Shown: positions 40,890 through 52,998, numbered from the whole stretch's first letter. The stretch is 61,062 nucleotides of DNA, filler included, from Dugesia japonica (GCA_001938525.1; 6 parts of 6 records of this genome joined end to end with filler, not necessarily neighbours in it), one strand, 5' to 3'. Made by a program: numbers and translations. Notes: generated by a model from the sequence alone, not told the origin.

Positions 40890-41016
40890 TAGATGTAAAA
40901 TGGCGTTTTCCGATCAATGTTGTATACTTTTATTAACCTTACGACGTGATCTGGGAAAAAATAGTGTATAGTAAAAATAAATAAACAATTTCTTGGCGAA
41001 CGCCATTTTACATCTA
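40890..41016. repeat. Perfect 18-bp inverted repeat at the left edge of the Polinton-like region
   Basis: TAGATGTAAAATGGCGTT (40890-40907) / AACGCCATTTTACATCTA (40999-41016), preceded by AG (AGTAGA). Confidence 0.85.
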
Positions 41017-41346
41017 TTTGGGTTATTGGTTGATTTTTTGTAGTTTGAAAAATAAAAAATAAAAGAATATACTTGTAATAATTATACAGTAAAATGGAAA
41101 AGTAAAGTAAAGGAAAGTAAAGTTAAGTAAAGTAAAGTATTTAATTTATTAATAAAATGCCTTCTAATATACAACCAGGTTCAACCGAAGAAGAATTTTT
41201 TAATTTATTATAAAGTTATAATTTTAAAGAAAATTCTGTTTTAGCTTTTGCAAAACAAAATAATGGAAATGAGAAAACAGTAAGAAAACATTTAATGGGA
41301 TTTTGAAAGGTAAAAAATGAAATTAACCAAGTTAAAAACTAACTAA

Positions 41347-42048
41347 ATGGTTTCAAATGATCTGTTGATTTGTCCAAATAATCTTTGTAAAAAGGTTTTT
41401 AAAAATAAATCAGGATTATCAAGTCATATTAGATCAAATTGTTATCGTTTAGATAGAACAAGAATTATGTCTTGTGAAATTTGTAAAATATTTTTTATGA
41501 GAGGAAATAAACGAAAAACCCATTTCTATTTAAAGAAAAATAAAAAAATGGCTATTAAATCATTATTCGATGAATTACCTGGTGAAGAAGCAATTGAATA
41601 TTATCCAGAAATTCAGCGTATTTTTAGAATTTATAAAAACTATGAAATTAAATATTTAAAAGAAAATAAAGTTGAATTAACTAGAAATATTGAAGAGTTA
41701 GAAAGACCAGTAAAAATGATTAATGAATTTCAATTTGAAATCTTGCAAATTGAAACAAAGTATTTTAATTATGGAAAAAGGGTTTTTATTCAAATGAGTG
41801 TAAATAGTAATTATAATAAAGAAGTTAAAGAAATTAGAATTGCAAGTGAAGTTGAAGAAAAAGTTAATGATATTTTAAATCAACTTCAAAGATTTATTGA
41901 AGCTGAATTTGGGTGGAATTTAAATTATATTGTTTATTTTAAAATTAAACTTTCAACTCATAAACAGATTAATGAATTAAAAACCGTTGGTAATAAAAAA
42001 TTATATTATCTTTATGATGATTTTATAGGACCCTTTTGGTTTGTTTGA
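41347..42048 (+). CDS. C2H2-zinc-finger protein with a C-terminal segment resembling the GSGW region of Polinton PolB N-termini
   Basis: CPNNLCKKVFKNKSGLSSHIR; FIEAEFGWNLNYIVYFKIKL. Confidence 0.55.
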   Translation: MVSNDLLICPNNLCKKVFKNKSGLSSHIRSNCYRLDRTRIMSCEICKIFFMRGNKRKTHFYLKKNKKMAIKSLFDELPGEEAIEYYPEIQRIFRIYKNYEIKYLKENKVELTRNIEELERPVKMINEFQFEILQIETKYFNYGKRVFIQMSVNSNYNKEVKEIRIASEVEEKVNDILNQLQRFIEAEFGWNLNYIVYFKIKLSTHKQINELKTVGNKKLYYLYDDFIGPFWFV

Positions 42049-42173
42049 ATTTTTATTTGAAGAGTATTTTATACTTGTTTTAAATTCTACGAACAACAGA
42101 ATATAGAAGTTTGAAGGATGAGTATAAAGAAACCTGTAAAGATTGGGGATTTTTTATTATTTATTATTAGAAA

Positions 42174-43180
42174 ATGGAAACAACAAAAATTAATCTTAAT
42201 AATAATATTAATTTTCAACATTTATTTTTGATAAATGATGTTTTGAGAATTTCACCCTCATCTGGAACAATTAATAATTTAATGTCTTCTGGAGATATAA
42301 CTTTTCAATCTTCAAATCCATTAGACATTTATAATTCAATGTTATATTTTAAAGTTAAATTAGAATTTGGTGCGGCTAACGCTCATAAAGATAAAATAAA
42401 TTTAGAAAATAATTGGTTTCCAAGTTTATTCAAAACAATGAGATTAACTTTAGGATCTTCAGATGAAGAAATAATTAATGATCCAGGAATTTCATCAACT
42501 GCTACTTTAAAATTAATGAATCTAGAACTACATATCCCAGAATGTAGATTAGTTAAAAAAATGGAAGTAAATCTTTTAGAAAGAATTAACACAAATAAAT
42601 CTATTCAAGTTTCATTTTTAAATAGAATTACNNNNAAAACAACTTTAGATTCAGGAAATTATTATTCAGTTAAACTGAGTAATTTAACTTATAAACCAAG
42701 ATATATATTTATTGAAATAAAAGATTCGGAAATTTCATATCAAAAGAATAATAATTTATTTATTCAACAAAATAGTAAAACTGTAAAAATAAAAGAAGGG
42801 ACTGTTGAAAAAGAAGTTACAACAAAACATTATCTTAAAAGTATTCAAGTACAATTAAACAATACATATTATTTTATAAATGAATGTAAATTTAATATTA
42901 ATAATAATGAAATGATTTTTCCATAGTTAAATTATGTAAATTGTTGTAAAGACTTTTTAACAGAACCACAATTATCTCTTTAAGAATTTTGGGATTTGTA
43001 TCCAATCTTTTGTTCTGATGTTAGTTCCCAGGATCATAAATTAAATATAAATACTGTAGATATAACTTTACATATAACTAAAGATACTGATTTTAAACGG
43101 TATTTATGTTAGTGTATTTTAGAAGAAAAACATATTGAAATGAAATTATCAAATAGTAAAATTGTAATGATTGAAAATAA
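42174..43180 (+). pseudogene. Double-jelly-roll major capsid protein (hexon-like), apparently internally deleted
   Basis: LENNWFPSLF..MRL, LELHIP, KPRYIFI, LKSIQVQLNNTYY and, past the stop at 42926, EFWDLYPIFCSDVSSQ, typical of Polinton/adintovirus MCP. Confidence 0.75.
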
Positions 43181-43243
43181 ACGAGGTGACACTTTTTATT
43201 TAGAGTTTAAGTTTAAAAATAAAATATTTAGATTTTAAATAAA

Positions 43244-44521
43244 ATGGATAAAAATAAATATATTTTTGAAAATTGTAAGAAAATATTACTTAGAAAAAAT
43301 AAAGCTAGACATTTAAGAATTTGTTTAAAGAAAACTGGAGGTGATTTACAATCTTCTAAATTAACTTCAACAATTTTAAAACCATTTACTTGGGAAAAGT
43401 ATCCAGGTGAAAGACATTTGTTTAAACATAATTATACTGGCCCCGGAACAAGATTAGATTCTGAAGGTAAACCAAAACCTGGAGAAGAACCAATCAATAG
43501 AGTAGATGAAGCAGCTTTTAAACATGATTTATCTTATAAAAATGAAAATATTAGAGATAGACATTTAGCTNNNNNNNNNNNNNNNNNNNNNNNNNNNNNN
43601 NNNCCTAATCCTAGTATTTCAGAAAAAATACAAAGAAGTTTAGTAAAATTAGCAATGAAAGGTAAAATCGTTTTAGGTGCTGGCCCTATTATTAAAAGCA
43701 AAGAAAGTAATTTTCAAAATAAAGAAATATTAGCAAACGAACTTCACAAAGAATATAGAAAACCAAAATATTTTCTAAAAGTAACAATAAAAGAAAACAA
43801 TAATACTTAGGGTTGTGATATTATTGATATGGTTAAAAAATCAACTGTGGGTTTTAGATATATTTTAGTTTGTATTGATTTATATTCTAGATTTGGTTTT
43901 TGCATACCAATGAAAAATAAAAACCAAGAATCATTAAAAGATGCTTATGAAAATATATTTGAAGAAAATAATCGAATTCCTGATTATATCTGGTTTGACA
44001 AAGAATCAGCTATTAGATCAAAGTACTTTGATAAATGTATTAAAGAAAATGAAAATAATTTGTATCATACTGAAAACGAAGGTAAATCAGTTTTTGCTGA
44101 AAGATTTATTAGAACTCTAAAAAATAAAATGTGGAAAGATTTTACATTAACAGGAAACCAAAAATGGAATAAAAACTTGTTAGATAAAATTGTAAATGAT
44201 TATAATAATACAATTCATAGTTCTATAAAAACAACCCCAAAAGAAGCTAGTGAAAATCCAGAAAAAATAAAAGAAATAATCGAAGATCATAACCATGAAA
44301 ATGATTCAATATAATTTAAACAGAAATTTAAAATTGAAGATAGAGTTAGATTATTTAAATATAAATTTGAAAAAGGTTTTACAGCTAAATGGACAAGTGA
44401 AATATTTGTTGTAACAAAAGTACATAAAACAAAACCATTTACTTATGAAATTAGTGATTTAGAAAACGAAAAGATCTTGGATAAATTTTATAATAATGAA
44501 CTTCAGAAAACTGTTTTATAA
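43244..44521 (+). pseudogene. Parvovirus-type phospholipase A2 domain fused in frame to rve (DDE) integrase
   Basis: HNYTGPGT (Ca loop), PINRVDEAAFKHDLSY (HD catalytic); same frame continues to ANELHK..NNT*GCDIIDM, CIDLYSRF, IWFDKES, AERFIRTLK, YNNTIHSSIK, FEKGFTAKWTSEIF; two nonsense codons (43808, 44312). Confidence 0.88.
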
Positions 44522-45018
44522 ATTTAAAATTAATAAATTAAAATGAGTGAGCCTGAAGGAACCCATTCTTTTGATTTTCTTTTTAAAGGTGTTTTAAATG
44601 AAGAAACAAAAAAAGCTTTAAAAGAAGATATTAAACAAGAATTAGAAGAAGAAATTAAACAAGAATTAAAAGAAGAAAATAAATACTTAAAGAAAACACT
44701 ATCACCCATCAATAAAAAAACTCCACCGGAATATTTTTGGAAGTGGATAATTGTATGTCATCTGAAGAAGGATATGAAGAAATAGCAATATTAACCAACT
44801 ATTTTAAAAATTTTGATTTTGCTAATATGGATCGATATAGTATAGGTATTTTTGATTTAATAGTAATTAAACTAAAAGATGAATGTATGAGGGGTTCTAT
44901 AGATCTCTTCGATGTAAAAGAATTCTTTGATAAAAAAATAANNNNNNNNNNNNNNNNNNNNNNNNNNNNNNNNNNNNNNNNNNNNNNNNNNAAATCTTAA
45001 TTTTTTTATTAAATAAAA

Positions 45019-45741
45019 ATGTCTCAATTAATCGGTAAAACTTCAACATTGTTAATTTGGAATAAAAATAAAATATCTTTAATAATAAAATCTTTCCCTC
45101 TAATTTTACATTATTAATAATTGGTTCTTCTGGATCTGGTAAAAATGTTTTATTAATGAAAATGTTATTAACTCCTAGTTTTTTAGATTATGATACTTTG
45201 ATAATTTATTCTACAACTATAAATCAATTTGAATTACAATTACTTTATCATGGTTTTGAAAATGGATTAACAAAAGAAGATATTATTTTTATTTTTGAAC
45301 ATCAAAATATAATTTCAAATTCTTTAATATTCCCATTAGAAAAATGTTTCCATAAAAATACTCAAGATAAATACTTGGGATAAATTATCTAAGGATAAAA
45401 AGAATTTTATAGTTTTCGATGATGTTGTTAATGAAAAAAATCAAGACGTTCAAACAAGTTATTTTACTAGAGGAAGACGTGTAAATTGCAACGTAATTTA
45501 TATTTCACAAACTTATTTCAGTTTGGATAAAAACTCTATTAGAAATAATTCCAACTGTTTTATATTTTTTAAATTAAATAAAACTGATAAAGATAATGCT
45601 TATTATGATTTATTTAGTAATATATTTTCAAGTAAAATGGAATATGATTATGAAGTTAATTTACATTGGAAAACAAAGTATAATTATTACTATTTAGATA
45701 GAGAAGCTGGAGTTTTAATGGAAGATTTATTTGAAGAGTGA
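45019..45741 (+). pseudogene. A32/FtsK-like genome packaging ATPase
   Basis: Walker A IIGSSGSGKN (about 45118), Walker B IVFDD, RGRRVNCNVIYISQTYF, SIRNNSN; frameshifts. Confidence 0.88.
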
Positions 45742-45858
45742 AAATATCCCACTGGGAAACTGTGGTATTCTACTTCAACTTCAACTTTATGTTAAAATCT
45801 TATATCATTTCTTTTTCTTAAATAATATAATTTTTGGTATATTATTTTTACAAATAAA

Positions 45859-46405
45859 ATGTCTTCAAGAATTAATTGATTTGATAAATTCAAAGAAATT
45901 TAAATCTGTAAAAATTAAAGGAAACAACTATTGGATTGGAAATAAAGTTAAAGAAGAACTAAAAAAGAAAATGACAACTAGTAAAGAACATGAAGGTGGA
46001 TTTGCTTTCCTCGCAGCAATACCAGCTATAATTGCTGGTTTAGCTTCTACAGCTGGAATTGCAACTGGAATTACATCAACTATTAATAATTCAAGAGATG
46101 CAATTAAAAAGCAAAAAGAAACCGAATTAGTAGAATTACAGAAAAAAGAATTTATTGACATTCATGACCAAAGGGAATTAGAAAATAAAATTAAAAAAGA
46201 AAATGAAATTGAATTATTAGATAAAGATATTGCTTAAAAGAAACAAGGAAGTGGACTTTACTTAAAACCTTATTAAGGAAGTTCAATTCATAAATATTTA
46301 AAAAATATTTTAGATAATTCAGAATTGAAAATGATAACTAAAAACTTTAAGAAAGGAGTACAAGTTAAAATAAAAGGTGATGGTTTATATTTAAAACCTT
46401 TTTAA
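45859..46405 (+). pseudogene. Polinton core/membrane-penetration-like protein
   Basis: EGG followed by amphipathic FAFLAAIPAIIAGLASTAGIATGI; downstream GSGLYLKPY and GDGLYLKPF repeats past stops. Confidence 0.65.
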
Positions 46406-47150
46406 AATGGATAGTGAACAAATAACAGAAAGAATAAAACTTTTGAAAGATTTAATTAAAGCTCAAGATAATTATGATAATTTATGTACTGGTAATGTAA
46501 TTGAATCAAGAACTTTACAAAATACTTGAACTATTCAACAACAACCTACTATTAAAGCAATTGAAAATCCCAGAGGGTCCCATACAAACTCATTTGAAAA
46601 AAGAATACCATTCTTTCCTAAAATTAATTTAAATATTAAAAATTTATCATCATTAATTACACCAACATTTGAAATAGAAAATATTGATAATAAAAACTTT
46701 CTAAAGATAAGTTATCNNNNNNNNNNNNTATATTTATTTGAAGAAGATGGAAAGAAATACTTTTTATCTAAAGAAGAAGTAATACCATATTCTAAAGAAG
46801 TAACGAATTTAATTTTGGGAAATGGAAGTAATGATTCAGAAGCAATTGATATTTATTTAAAAAAATTAAAGATTATATTTCCTACTAATTCTAAATATCG
46901 TGATTTATTAACTAGGAAAAAAGAAGTCAATTATTATTAAACCAAGAGTTAATTACTCAAGAAAAATATAATGTTTATAAAAATAAATACTAAAAATAAA
47001 TTTAATTTTACTAAAAAAGAATTATTTTATCTTTCAATAAATATTAACCAAATTTTAGAGAAACATAAACCAATAGAAAGAATTACTTTAATTTTACCAG
47101 CAAATATTTATATTGATAATATTACAATTTCAAATTAATCTTTTAAGAAA

Positions 47151-49964
47151 ATGTCTGAGTTTGAAGAGAATTAACTAACACAAACGAAGAGTGAGAATCA
47201 AAATCCCAAAGGGTCCCATAAATATCCTGATTTAAACGAATATATTTATTCATATTTTGAATATGCAATTAAAAATCAAAAAAACACTATAGAAGATTTA
47301 ACCCTTAACCGCCCAGAAAGCTTTTTATACCAAAACCACCCAGTAGTGTCTAACAGATACTACATAGAAAATCATTTAAATTATAAAAAAAAATAATAAA
47401 ATTTATTTTTATTACAGAGAAGAACACTGTTTGCATTGAATGTTTTTGTAGAATGTTCAAGACAAACATTTTGATTACATGTATTACAACATTGTTTTGA
47501 ATTCCTTGCAATTTTACACGGGCATATGTGACACCTTTTTTTTTACTGCGGATTCTTTTACGATTGAATCTTCAAACTGCTGTTGACTTGTACTTGCAAG
47601 CTGAACTCAGTTAACCCTTTTTTCTCTCGTCTCTGAATGTGAGGACTGACTAATTCGGCTGCTATTTATCGTAGAAAACGTTTTTTCTGTGCTCTTTTCT
47701 TTCCTTCTTTCCATCTAGGATACAATCGTTTTCATATTACAAAAGATGCAATCCTAACAATATCAAGCATATTTTGTAAAAACGCTACGGGCCATCTATT
47801 TGTTTTGTGGCGAGTTGAGTATTCATGTGCTAACTGATCCATTGTATCAACACCACCTTTTGTTTTATTATAATAAATATTAATTTCCGATATTTTTTTG
47901 TTGTTAGCATCAAATTGATTGCTATGGTGCATAGTAGATCATAAAATAACAGCTCTGTTCTTTTTTGGAACATTTGAAACTAAGGTTATTTTTTCAGAAT
48001 CCAAAGATATTAGTTTCAATATTCTGTCCTCTAATTGGCTGAAAATTGTATGGAATACAGCGTTTTTTTTTCTAAGAGTACCGACCATTGTCAGACCATT
48101 ATGAAGTAATGATTGTGCAATCTCAAAGCTTGTAAAATAGTTATCAAATGTAATATTTCTATGCGTTTCATAATATGGTTCACATAATGTAAGTACAACA
48201 TGATGAGATAAATTTTCTGTCTTACTCTGTTCAAGTTTTCCAAGGTATGGTAAACCAGCAAGAGGATAACTTGTTTCACTATCACAAATACACCATACCT
48301 TCATACCATACTTGTCAGGCTTAGATAGCAAGTATTGTTTAAATGATACTCTGCCTTTGAAAGAAATAAGTTGTTCGTCAATCGATAAGTTTTCACCAGG
48401 TAAATAGAACTTTTGAAGCTTAATATTGATATCGGTCAAAATATCTCTGATAGGCACCAATTTATCTTTTGATCTTCTTTGAGACTTTGTAGCTTTATTA
48501 TCAAATCTTAAAAAACGTTGGATATCCGCAAATCTATCTTTACCCATTGTAGCACGAAAAATAGGACAACCAAGCATTAAATCCCAATATTCTGTGAAAT
48601 CCACATTATTATGTTTGTTGACAGCACTAGCAATTAGTAAACCAAAAAATGCTTGCAGCTCAATGGCATCTATTTGNNNNNNNNNNNNNNNNNNNNNNNN
48701 NNNNNNNNNNNNNNNNNNNNNNNNNNNNNNNNNNNNNNNNNNNNNNNNNNNNNNNNNNNNNNNNNNNNNNNNNNNNNNNNNNNNNNNNNNNNNNNNNNNN
48801 NNNNNNNNNNNNNNNNNNNNNNNNNNNNNNNNNNNNNNNNNNNNNNNNNNNNNNNNNNNNNNNNNNNNNNNNNNNNNNNNNNNNNNTTACCTAAATATTG
48901 GACAATTGATTTTGAAACATGTTTCTCTTCTGTTGGGAAATATTCATTGTCACTGCATGTTTGTTCATCACTTTTCTCTGATCCAACCTCTGTAAAATTG
49001 TCTTCAATCTCACTTTCTACTTCTGGGATAAAATCTTGGTTGTCACTGTCAGAATTATCATCATGATTTAAGTCCTGTAATACAGTTAGCAGCTCCTTCT
49101 CAGTTACTACCATATTATTAATAATTTCTAAATGTCTAAATTATTTGATGTTAAGTAATAAGATTTGACTTACATTTTTTACAATATTTATTGAAATTAT
49201 ACTTATAGTTATTTGTGTAAGTAAATTACATCACCAAGATTATTTTATTACTGTTAACCTTATAACACTATATGTTGTGTCTATCAGACACACCTAGGTC
49301 TTTGTGTCACATTTATAACCTTTTAATAATTGCAAAAGTAATAATTTGATTTAAATGACTTCAATTAGTAATTTTGGTTGACAAGACTGTAGTAATAAAT
49401 TAGATGAAGTTTACTTTGTATACATTCAAAACTTTAGATGTACTATGAAAACGAAATTTAAAAAGTGCCTCTGAGTCACTACTGGTCGGTTAAGGGTTAA
49501 AAGAAAAATTATCAGACTTAAGAATTGTTGATTTTGAATCAGATCTTTATTTCATTGATGATAAAATTAACTATTATAAAAAGATTTATAAAAGATGGTC
49601 ACGATTAGATACCTCGATTAGATTTACTGAAATATTTATTGTAACAGTTGTTAGAATAACTGGCATTATATTAATTTCTTTAGAAACCTTTGATGTAGGA
49701 GGATTAATTCCAATTATTTTAACAAGTGTAGTTTCTTGTATTCTAGTAATTGGTACTTTGAATTCATCTTTAATAAAAGCAAAAAAGAATAACTATAAAA
49801 ATTTAATTCATGAATTAGAAACTGTTAAAAATAAGTTATTTTTATTCCAACAAAAAACTTTAAGTGATGGTCTTTTAACAGATGAAGAAATATCAATAAG
49901 CAAAAATATGGTAAAACAAGTAAAAGATTTAATTTCCCATGAAAAATTGAAAATGATTTATTAA
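47151..49964 (+). pseudogene. Two-TM Polinton/adintovirus protein (gasderminX-like), interrupted by piggyBac
   Basis: Removing 47302-49500 restores one frame: ...KYPDLNE..IEDLKEKLSDLR..YYKKIYKRW..TM-TM..KTLSDGLLTDEEI (one early stop near the start). Confidence 0.7.
47302..49496 (-). mobile_element. Full-length (2195-bp) but frameshifted piggyBac transposon
   Basis: TTAA TSDs at 47298-47301 and 49497-49500; 15-bp TIRs CCCTTAACCGCCCAG / CCCTTAACCGACCAG; transposase motifs IDEQL, KPDKYGMK, TFDNYFTS, YNKTKGGVDTMDQ, RWP and a Cys-rich tail. Confidence 0.96.
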
Positions 49965-50049
49965 AAAAACTTGAAGAACAAATCGAAAATCAACAGAAAA
50001 TAATAAATAAATTAAAGAGCTAACTCAAACGAAGAGGAAATGAATTGAT

Positions 50050-50358
50050 TGTGCCCACGGGCACAGGTTTTATATATTTACATTTTAGAAACTGGTGACT
50101 GCAGTAACCACTTTTAGAAATTAACTCAAGCGTTAACCGCTTTTGATTTAAAATTTTTAGATTTAAGAAACTGGTGACTGCAGTAACCACTTTATATTTT
50201 AAGATAAGAATTNGCGAACCANGGTTCGTTTTTTTAATTTTATATTAGAATAAGTAAGAAATAATTTCTATTTTGAATTCCTCATTTTTACCCTTTAAAA
50301 TCCCAGAGGGTTCCATCCTCACAAATTACAATTTAGAAACTGGTGACCGCGGTAACCA
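50050..50358. repeat. Cluster of short palindromes between convergent Polinton genes
   Basis: TGGTGACTGCAGTAACCA x2 (50093, 50172), TGGTGACCGCGGTAACCA (50341), TGTGCCC-AC-GGGCACA (50050), CGAACC-AN-GGTTCG, AAGCG-TTAAC-CGCTT. Confidence 0.85.
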
Positions 50359-50419
50359 CTTTTTTATTTTTATATTAAATTACAATTTAATTTTTGTTTT
50401 AATTTATCTAACCTTAAAT

Positions 50420-51483
50420 GCCACTCACTACAATTAAAACATTTAAATTTTTTTCCATAAGGCTAAGTTCTTACACCATTATCCTCAATTAATCTATTAT
50501 CATCATAAACAGTTAAAGCAATCTTTTTTTGCTCAACTAATTCTATTTCGTGTTTATTTGATTTTAAACTATAATTAGTTCCATAAATATTTTCTTTTGA
50601 GTTTAAAGCTTTATCGAATTCTTTCATACCTATTTCATTAAACTTTGAAACTACTTTATGTCTTTTATCTAATTTATTGTCAAACTCATAAGCATAACTT
50701 TTAGCTTTTATAAAATCACATTTAACTATTTCGTTATTAGATTTTTCATCTTTCATTTGAAATAAATTATTTCCTAATAAACTTTCTACTTTTGTTAAAT
50801 TATTTCTACCTATTATTTCTATAAAAATTGAATCTGTGTCACTATAATGAATTTTATATTTATTTGGAATATTTACATCTAACTGATTATAAATAAAATC
50901 ATAAATAACTTCCTTTGCATATTCTAATATAGTAAAACCAATGTTGGGAAACTTGTTATATTTTAAATTTTATATTTTAGATTGTCTTAAATGAATAGCT
51001 GCTGTTTCTGCGATTCCAGTTTCTGTACATGTAAATATTTTAATAGATCTAAGTTTATTTTTAATGCAAATTTCTGATAATCTCTATCACTTCCAACTAT
51101 TTCTACATTAAACCTTTTCTAATATCTCCTACTGTCTTTCCATAAAAAGCATTATTTAATAATTTAAAGAAATAATCACCAAACACATCGTTTGTTCTTT
51201 TAGATGTGTTTTTTTGATCGATATTAAATTGAATATAATCCTTTAACCAAGGTTTTATTGGAAGAATCATTTTTTGTTGGATCCTTATATTCTTGAATGT
51301 ATTTTTTTAATTTTCATTCCTAGTTTTAAATATAAATCTAATGTACTTCCTAAAACTATATAATTTTCTTTATCAAATTGATTCAAGGTTAATTTAATAT
51401 TTTTCTTGAATAATTTCTTATTAAATGATAATTGATAAGGAGCTAACATTTCTTGAGTTATATTTATTCTATCTGGAGCTAAT
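50420..51483 (-). pseudogene. Protein-primed family B DNA polymerase, C-terminal half
   Basis: FKLLNNAFYGKT (motif B), GFTILEYAKEVIYDFIY, HYSDTDSIF (motif C), KAKSY, KIAL..YDDNR. Confidence 0.92.
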
Positions 51484-52355
51484 NNNNNNNNNNNNNNNNN
51501 NNNNNNNNNNNNNNNNNNNNNNNNNNNTTAATTAATTAANNNNNNNNNNNNNNNNNNNNNNNNNNNNNNNNNNNNNNNNNNNNCCCACAAGATCTAACAT
51601 AGATAACTCAAGAAATATAATTTTAAATGGCTGATTTTATTACAATAAAAACAGATAATACATCAGTGTTAAACCACTGTAATATTATCTCAACAAAATA
51701 ATTTTAATAAAGAAACAAATAATAATCTCAACAGATTTATATTTGTTCTAAACAAATCAAAAATAAATTTTCACATTTAACTACTAATAATTAGCTTTTT
51801 AAATTTTTATTGATGCTTGCTAGGCAACTGCTAATTTAGCTTAAAAATTTAAGTCTGCCAACTACTGATTTTCAATCAGTATTTATACTAAATTTATTGA
51901 GTATGTGTGTTAATACACAGAAAAGACTTTAAGAAAATATTCATTATTACCAAATATAGTAATTATTTATTTCTCGATTGAGAAATATGAGTGAGAAAAA
52001 TATTTATTAAATTGTTGTTATTTTTAGTTACTAAATTTAGTAATTTATAAAATTCTTTTTTTTATTAAATTGAATAATCTTGAATAAATTAATAAATTGA
52101 TAAATTTAAACAAATAGAAATTTTAATAAACTAATTAAAAATTTTATGAATGAATTTATAAACTAAATAAATTAATGTAAGCTTAGCTTACAACCCTAAC
52201 ATTATTCTCATTATTTTCCCAATTAACATCATTATCGCCTTGAGATGATTTATTTGAATATCAATTCCGCTTACTTTTATGAGGGCTCGTTTCCCGTGGT
52301 GGTTGATCTTTCATTATTAATTTACTATTGTAAATTGTTTTTTAGGTCGGAAGAC

Positions 52356-52541
52356 ATGTCAGACATCTTAAGTCAAACTTTAAAATTCATTTGTAGTGAA
52401 AGGGAACGGGTTCGGCGAAAGCAACTGATCGGTCCTATTTTAGCACCATATCGGATTCTGTCGCCTGACAAAACCGATCTGCGATGGTTTGAAGATTTAT
52501 TCCCACTCCAAACTAATGCTGACTTAGATCAGACATATTGA
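52356..52541 (+). CDS. LTR cassette A (copy 2)
   Basis: Acceptor ttttag ends 52345, ATG 52356, stop 52541, AATAAA 52562; homologous to 20876. Confidence 0.7.
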   Translation: MSDILSQTLKFICSERERVRRKQLIGPILAPYRILSPDKTDLRWFEDLFPLQTNADLDQTY

Positions 52542-52659
52542 TTTTCTAACTGTTAGTCTTAAATAAAAACATTAACTTAGCTAATTTTTTTTCTTTTTTG
52601 TATTGAATTTGTTCGAAAACTACCAATTTATAAATTTATATTTAAGTTTATGCTTTTAG

Positions 52660-52998
52660 TGAACGTAATCTGAGAAAGAGTTTTGGATAGGCGTACTCGA
52701 AGAATGATTTTCCGGCCCCATGTCAACCCCCACAATAAGGATGCTGGCATACTGGCCGATCGCACTAACCTATCTCCCGTAGAAGCCTGAGTGGATAGAA
52801 TTCAGGATTTCGGCGAACGTCAGCAGTACTATAACTGTAATGGCCGCCACAAAATTTGGCAACCCGGTTTACCTACCATACTTCCGATTCCCCCATGTAG
52901 TAAGAGAATTTGTCACCAACCTGCTTTGGGGTATTAGGGAGCCTGACACAAATGAAGATGTTGAGAATATGGAAAACGTGACACATGCAACAAACTGA
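52660..52998 (+). pseudogene. LTR cassette B (copy 2)
   Basis: Acceptor ttttag|TG, internal stops and a frameshift, AATAAA 53036; homologous to 21175. Confidence 0.7.

Larger units (their letters stand above)
40888..51483. mobile_element. Polinton/Maverick (adintovirus-like) endogenous viral element, decayed, right end lost in gap
   Basis: Co-located MCP, PLA2-rve integrase, A32/FtsK-like ATPase, GG/GxG-motif core proteins, 2-TM protein and convergent protein-primed PolB; intronless, gene-dense, nonsense mutations throughout. Confidence 0.92.

Noticed and set aside
9042-51539. Recurrent TTAATTAATTAA as a biological motif or piggyBac target
   Set aside because: Always centred in a 100-nt N spacer; it is an assembly linker.
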